A stretch of 64,000 nt of DNA, from positions 1,860,001 to 1,924,000 of the forward strand of contig JBHGNT010000016.1 of NCBI GenBank assembly GCA_043228905.1. Direction: 5' to 3'. This DNA comes from Azolla caroliniana. Taxonomy: Eukaryota; Plantae; Polypodiophyta. This document shows positions 59,519 through 64,000 of the stretch, piece by piece. Under the pieces are notes generated by a model. That model was not told where the DNA came from and did no database searches. It worked only from the letters and a program-made list of their open reading frames with translations. The stretch's first letter is position 1; each line of letters starts with the position of its first letter. Both the position numbers and the translations under genes were made by a program.

Positions 59519-61981
59519 ATGATCTTCAGAGAATCCTGCAGGATTTCTCCATGCTCCACACCACAACATCGTCGATCCTTTCTATCTTCCCCTTCCCCTT
59601 CTTCTTCTTCTTCTTCTTCTTCTTCTTCCATCCTCGAGCCATTGGGCGACCTATGGCGAGACGCCATACTTACACAGTCATCCACTGTCCTGAAAGCAAA
59701 GAGATCTTTCTTTATCTCTCTCCTTCGTCGATCTATACACAGGCAGTCTCTCTCAGATGGGAAACAAGCTCATTTTCACATCGTAAAGCAAGGATTAGAC
59801 CAAGACCTCCACGTCAGCAATCTTCTCCTTCAAATGTATGGTAATTGTGGAGCTCTGCATGATGCAGAGAAATTCTTTCAACACATGGAACAAAAAGATT
59901 TATACTCGTGGAGGTTTCTCATCAGGGCTTACGTGAAGGATGGATATAAAGATAAAGCATTGAATTTCTTCTTCGAAATGCTTGGCCATGGATTCTTCCC
60001 CGACAACCCTGTTATCTGTACGATTATTTCGGCATGCTATGGAAAGCAAGGTATTTATATAGCTAGAGTTATTCATGCTTTTATTGCTGAATGCGTCTTG
60101 AACCCATCCGTATCTGTCTATACTTCCCTTTTAAGCACATATGGGAAATATGGGTTTCTCATCGATGCAAATTCAGTATTTTCACAGCTTATCGAGCGAG
60201 ATGTTGTATGCTGGAATGCCATGATTTCTACATATGTCTCCAAAGAAGAGAATATGAAAGCAATTGGTGTTTTCTATGAAATGAATATAGATGGAATACA
60301 ACCCGATAGATCGAGCTTTTTGAGTGTTTTAACTGCTTGTGCGAGTCAAAAGTCTCTAATCGAAGGAATGCTTGTCCATGTTTGTATCATAGAGGGTGTT
60401 TTTGAGGATGATGTTGGCGTGGCAAATGCTCTTGTGAATATGTATGGGAATTGTGATAGTTTGGAAGACGCACAAAGTGTCTTCAATAAAATATCAGCAA
60501 TGGATGTTGTCTCATGGAATGCAATGATAGCCGGATTTGTGAGAAATGATCAAGACAAGGAGGCGCTGCTATTGTTTGGAAAAATGCAAATGAATGGTGT
60601 GGTACCGAGCAATGTGACTTTCATTGCTATCTTATCTGGTTTATCTAGCTCTTCAACCCTAGATCAAGGGAAAATGATCCATCACTTTATTGTTTGCAAC
60701 GAGTGTGATCAAGATATTGTAATAGAAAACTCTCTGGTAAGCATGTATGGTAAGTGTGGAGGGGTTAACGATGCGAAGACAGTCTTTGACAAATCTAATG
60801 GTCGTGATAGGGTTACATGGACTGCTATGCTGACAGCATATACACAAGGTGGCCAAGGAGAGCATGCAATGGTACTGTTTGATCAAATGCAACATGAAGG
60901 TTTGGTTCCTGATAGGGTCACGTTTATTAGCCTAACCATGGCTTTTACTTGTGATTCAATGCTGTATAAAGGTAAGCAAACTCATGCTCGCATATTAAAT
61001 TGTGGGTTCATAAATGACCTTGCTCTAGAGAATGGTCTAGTTACAATGTATGGGAAATGTGGAAGTGTAGAATATGCGAAAACCACATTTCAGAAAATGA
61101 AGAGAAGAGACTTGTTATCATGGAATGCTGTTATTTCAGCATGTGTACAGAATGAGGTATCTGATGATGCTCTGAAGCTTGTCAATAAAATGGTCAATGA
61201 AGGAATATTTCCTGATAAATTCCTTTGTTCAAGCGTACTGTCTGCATGTGCTAGTGCAGGAGCTCAAGAAAGAGGAAGAGAAATGCATTTCTTCGCTGTG
61301 ATTAATAGCTATGAATTAGACCAGGCTGTAGGGAATGCGACCATCAACATGTATGCAAAGTTTGGAAGTGTAGCAGATTCGTACAGGGTGTTTCAAAGAA
61401 TGCCAAGACAAGATATCGTGTCGTGGAGTGCCATCATCGCAGCTTATGCACAGCATGGTTGTGGGAAATACGCAGTGGATCTATATAATAGGATGTTGGA
61501 TGAGGGTGTTTCAACAGACAAAATATCTCTAATTCATCTTCTATCTGCATGTAGCCATGATGGCCTTGTTGATGAGGCATTGAGACAGTTTATGACAGTT
61601 ATGAATGAGGATTGCAAGGTTATTATCATTGACCATTTTAATTGTATGGTAGATATTCTTGGACGAGCAGGCAGGCTAGATGACGCAGAAAGGTTGCTAT
61701 TGGAATTGCCATTTAAATACTCTTCTGTAGCATGGACTACTTTGCTTGGTGCATGTAGAAGTCAGGTTGATTTAATGAGGGGAGAGAGGGCTGCCAACCG
61801 TGTATTTGAACTTGATCCAGAAGCCACGGCTCCATATATTACTCTATCTAATCTGTATTTTTCAGCGGGAAGAGTGGACGATGCCTTGAATGTGATAAAG
61901 AGAATGAGACAAAAAGGTCTGGTAAAGCAGGCCGATGGCATTCCTATTGAAGTTCTTGGTGAAAGAGTGAGCAAAGGGTGA
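59519..61981 (+). CDS. PLS-class pentatricopeptide repeat protein with E domains and no DYW domain; Ser/Arg-rich N-terminus, probable organellar RNA-editing factor
   Basis: Six L..MY.K/NCG-type motifs, followed by motifs such as DVVSWNAMI and P..VTF. C-terminal HFNCMVDILGRAGRL..WTTLLGACR..YITLSNLY. The first ATG is 59519; the ORF-track start is a TTG. Confidence 0.95.
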   Translation: MIFRESCRISPCSTPQHRRSFLSSPSPSSSSSSSSSSILEPLGDLWRDAILTQSSTVLKAKRSFFISLLRRSIHRQSLSDGKQAHFHIVKQGLDQDLHVSNLLLQMYGNCGALHDAEKFFQHMEQKDLYSWRFLIRAYVKDGYKDKALNFFFEMLGHGFFPDNPVICTIISACYGKQGIYIARVIHAFIAECVLNPSVSVYTSLLSTYGKYGFLIDANSVFSQLIERDVVCWNAMISTYVSKEENMKAIGVFYEMNIDGIQPDRSSFLSVLTACASQKSLIEGMLVHVCIIEGVFEDDVGVANALVNMYGNCDSLEDAQSVFNKISAMDVVSWNAMIAGFVRNDQDKEALLLFGKMQMNGVVPSNVTFIAILSGLSSSSTLDQGKMIHHFIVCNECDQDIVIENSLVSMYGKCGGVNDAKTVFDKSNGRDRVTWTAMLTAYTQGGQGEHAMVLFDQMQHEGLVPDRVTFISLTMAFTCDSMLYKGKQTHARILNCGFINDLALENGLVTMYGKCGSVEYAKTTFQKMKRRDLLSWNAVISACVQNEVSDDALKLVNKMVNEGIFPDKFLCSSVLSACASAGAQERGREMHFFAVINSYELDQAVGNATINMYAKFGSVADSYRVFQRMPRQDIVSWSAIIAAYAQHGCGKYAVDLYNRMLDEGVSTDKISLIHLLSACSHDGLVDEALRQFMTVMNEDCKVIIIDHFNCMVDILGRAGRLDDAERLLLELPFKYSSVAWTTLLGACRSQVDLMRGERAANRVFELDPEATAPYITLSNLYFSAGRVDDALNVIKRMRQKGLVKQADGIPIEVLGERVSKG

Positions 61982-64000
61982 AAAAGTGAGAATATGGTTA
62001 TTCTTGATCATATGCCCAATTTTTGTATCCAGAGATGAAGAGGTTTTGATTAATCTTTGACTGCAGAAAACAAATTCTGTAAACAATGTAGAGGGAGATT
62101 GAGAGGAATTTCCAATTGTGGTTATAGTTCTTTTTTTTGGAAACTTCTCTTCCAAGCTGTGGTATACTAGTGGATTACAGCAAGTGAAAAACTAATTCAC
62201 AGATTTATGACAAGGGGTGATAGTGTTCAGAAAATTGCCTCAATAACCATAACACAAAGGTGTAAGAAAAAGGAACAACATGAAGTGTTTTCCTATGGAA
62301 TTCAACCATTGTATGCGTGTAGGATCACAAATGATCTGACTACTTCCAAGTAAACTGAAAATCCATTATTTAGAGCTTCTTTTAACAATGCCATATATAC
62401 CCAAACCAGCACCTTAAATGTGTAACTTTTTAACCTTTTTTCTCTACTGATTGTGGATCCAGCCTCATAAATATATAAAGTTTTGTTTAACTCATGATTG
62501 TTAATGTTTGATTATATTCCTCTGTTAATTTCTTGATTAGAAGCTAATTTTTATTAACTTTTTTCATCTAAATTTTTTACATAATGTACATAGTCCATAC
62601 ATATCATATTCATGTGTACCAGTGGTAATCTAAATCCTTAGTGAATTGAATTATAAATTCTAATGAAGGAGATGCTTAGTGCCTTGTGCTATAGCAAATT
62701 ACGAACTCGTTAATATGAAATGAAATTGAGATAAATACTCCATATACTTCTCTTTATATAACGAGCCTGTTGCCAGAGTTATGATTGATAACTTAATCCT
62801 ATCATTCATAAACTTCCAAAATAAGAAAACCACTGGAAGTAGCACAACTGGATCTTAAACAAAATGTCGCATAATTGAGTGACACAACTTGAAATTGTTT
62901 GGCAAAGGATTTCTTTTTAAGGAATCCAACTGACAGTTTTGACCATAGCAAGAAATCACAAGAATAAGGTGTTAAGTGAGTGCATATATACGTTGGTTGG
63001 ATCTTCATTATGCATGCAGTACTCAGATTACACATCCAAAATTTTACGAACACCTACCTTTTTGAGAAATTCTTTAGTGTTGCAATGAGGCAATCGGAAA
63101 CATAAAAAACAGATAGGCAAACATGGATGTTCTCCTTAAAAATGATGTTTCTGTAGGATTTTTGTAGGTCGTCATATTTTAGTGACTTAGATATTCCTTG
63201 AGCAATACTGTCTTCTTCATAAGAACATTGGAAGGAAAAGAAATCATCATGAGACCAAAAATATAACAGGTATCTTCCTAGCTCCCATAACATACAAGAA
63301 GTCACCTTTATGCAGTTTTTCACTCCACCCTTTCCTTCTCTAATCATACCGAAAGTTTCATAACAAATGAAGATAGCCATTAAATCCAAGCATGAAATTT
63401 CATAAAATATATACAAATTTCAAAAACATTTATAGACAGCACACTAAACCCAGTTTCGCTTTGCATGTACATATAGTACTGCTTCACATCTTCCTAGATA
63501 GCAGCCGCATATGTACTATCTTCATCCATTATAAACTAGTCAAACGTATCATTCCTTTTCCATAATTAAATGAAGATAATACGAATAAACTTGAAACTAA
63601 ATCCTTACAGAGATTGTCAAAGGCTGCTAAATACTATTAAAACAAGCCCAATAATGTAATATAAAGTGGTGATATAAATCTCTGGACCAAAATACAATAT
63701 GACTCTGGCTGAAACAAACTTGAATATATTGCAATAGGTGAGTTCGCCATAAATATATTAGAATATCACAAGAAAACACACACAGTGCATAGAAGCTCAT
63801 AATGCATTCAACAACATGCACACTCATGATACCACAAAAACAAGCAGAATTTCAAGTCAAAGACTTAACAGTACAATCAAACATGAACACAACTTAGAAA
63901 TTAGCTCCAGAACATTATTTAAGAAGTATCATATATATATATATATATATAAATTTGGACACTGAGCAGAAATATAGAGTATTTGCAAGTGTTGGGCTCC

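Noticed and set aside
61982-62200. Frameshifted DYW-domain remnant after the PPR stop
   Set aside because: No HSE, CxxC or DYW-like motif seen in any plus-strand frame by eye.
62800-63830. 3' exons of a further minus-strand gene
   Set aside because: Short ORFs and splice-like signals exist, but I could not build a consistent model or recognise a protein.

Overview
AT-rich, intron-containing land-plant nuclear DNA. A fern is plausible from the TE-filled introns and PLS-PPR style, but that is inference only. Six host genes were reconstructed by hand from splice sites: the 5' part of a REF/SRPP (LDAP) lipid-droplet gene (-), acylamino-acid-releasing enzyme AARE (+, 18 exons, with an in-frame upstream transit-peptide-like exon), S-adenosylmethionine decarboxylase with its overlapping tiny and small uORFs (+), cytosolic-type glutathione reductase (+, 16 exons), a short divergent Mediator subunit 19-like gene with a GC-AG intron (+), and an intronless PLS-E PPR protein (+). 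The transposon record is rich. A very young full-length Ty1/copia element (608-bp LTRs identical by eye, 5-bp TSD, one internal nonsense codon) sits inside a 5'-truncated LINE. There are also two solo LTRs, a Mutator-like MITE, a hAT-like MITE, tRNA-derived SINE heads, decayed retroelement fragments and many tandem repeats. I see no wholly new multi-gene system. The most promising leads are the divergent MED19 paralogue, the charge-reversed SAMDC uORF peptide, the dual-start AARE, the extra Cys beside the GR active site, and a TATA-box hairpin kept between diverged LTRs.
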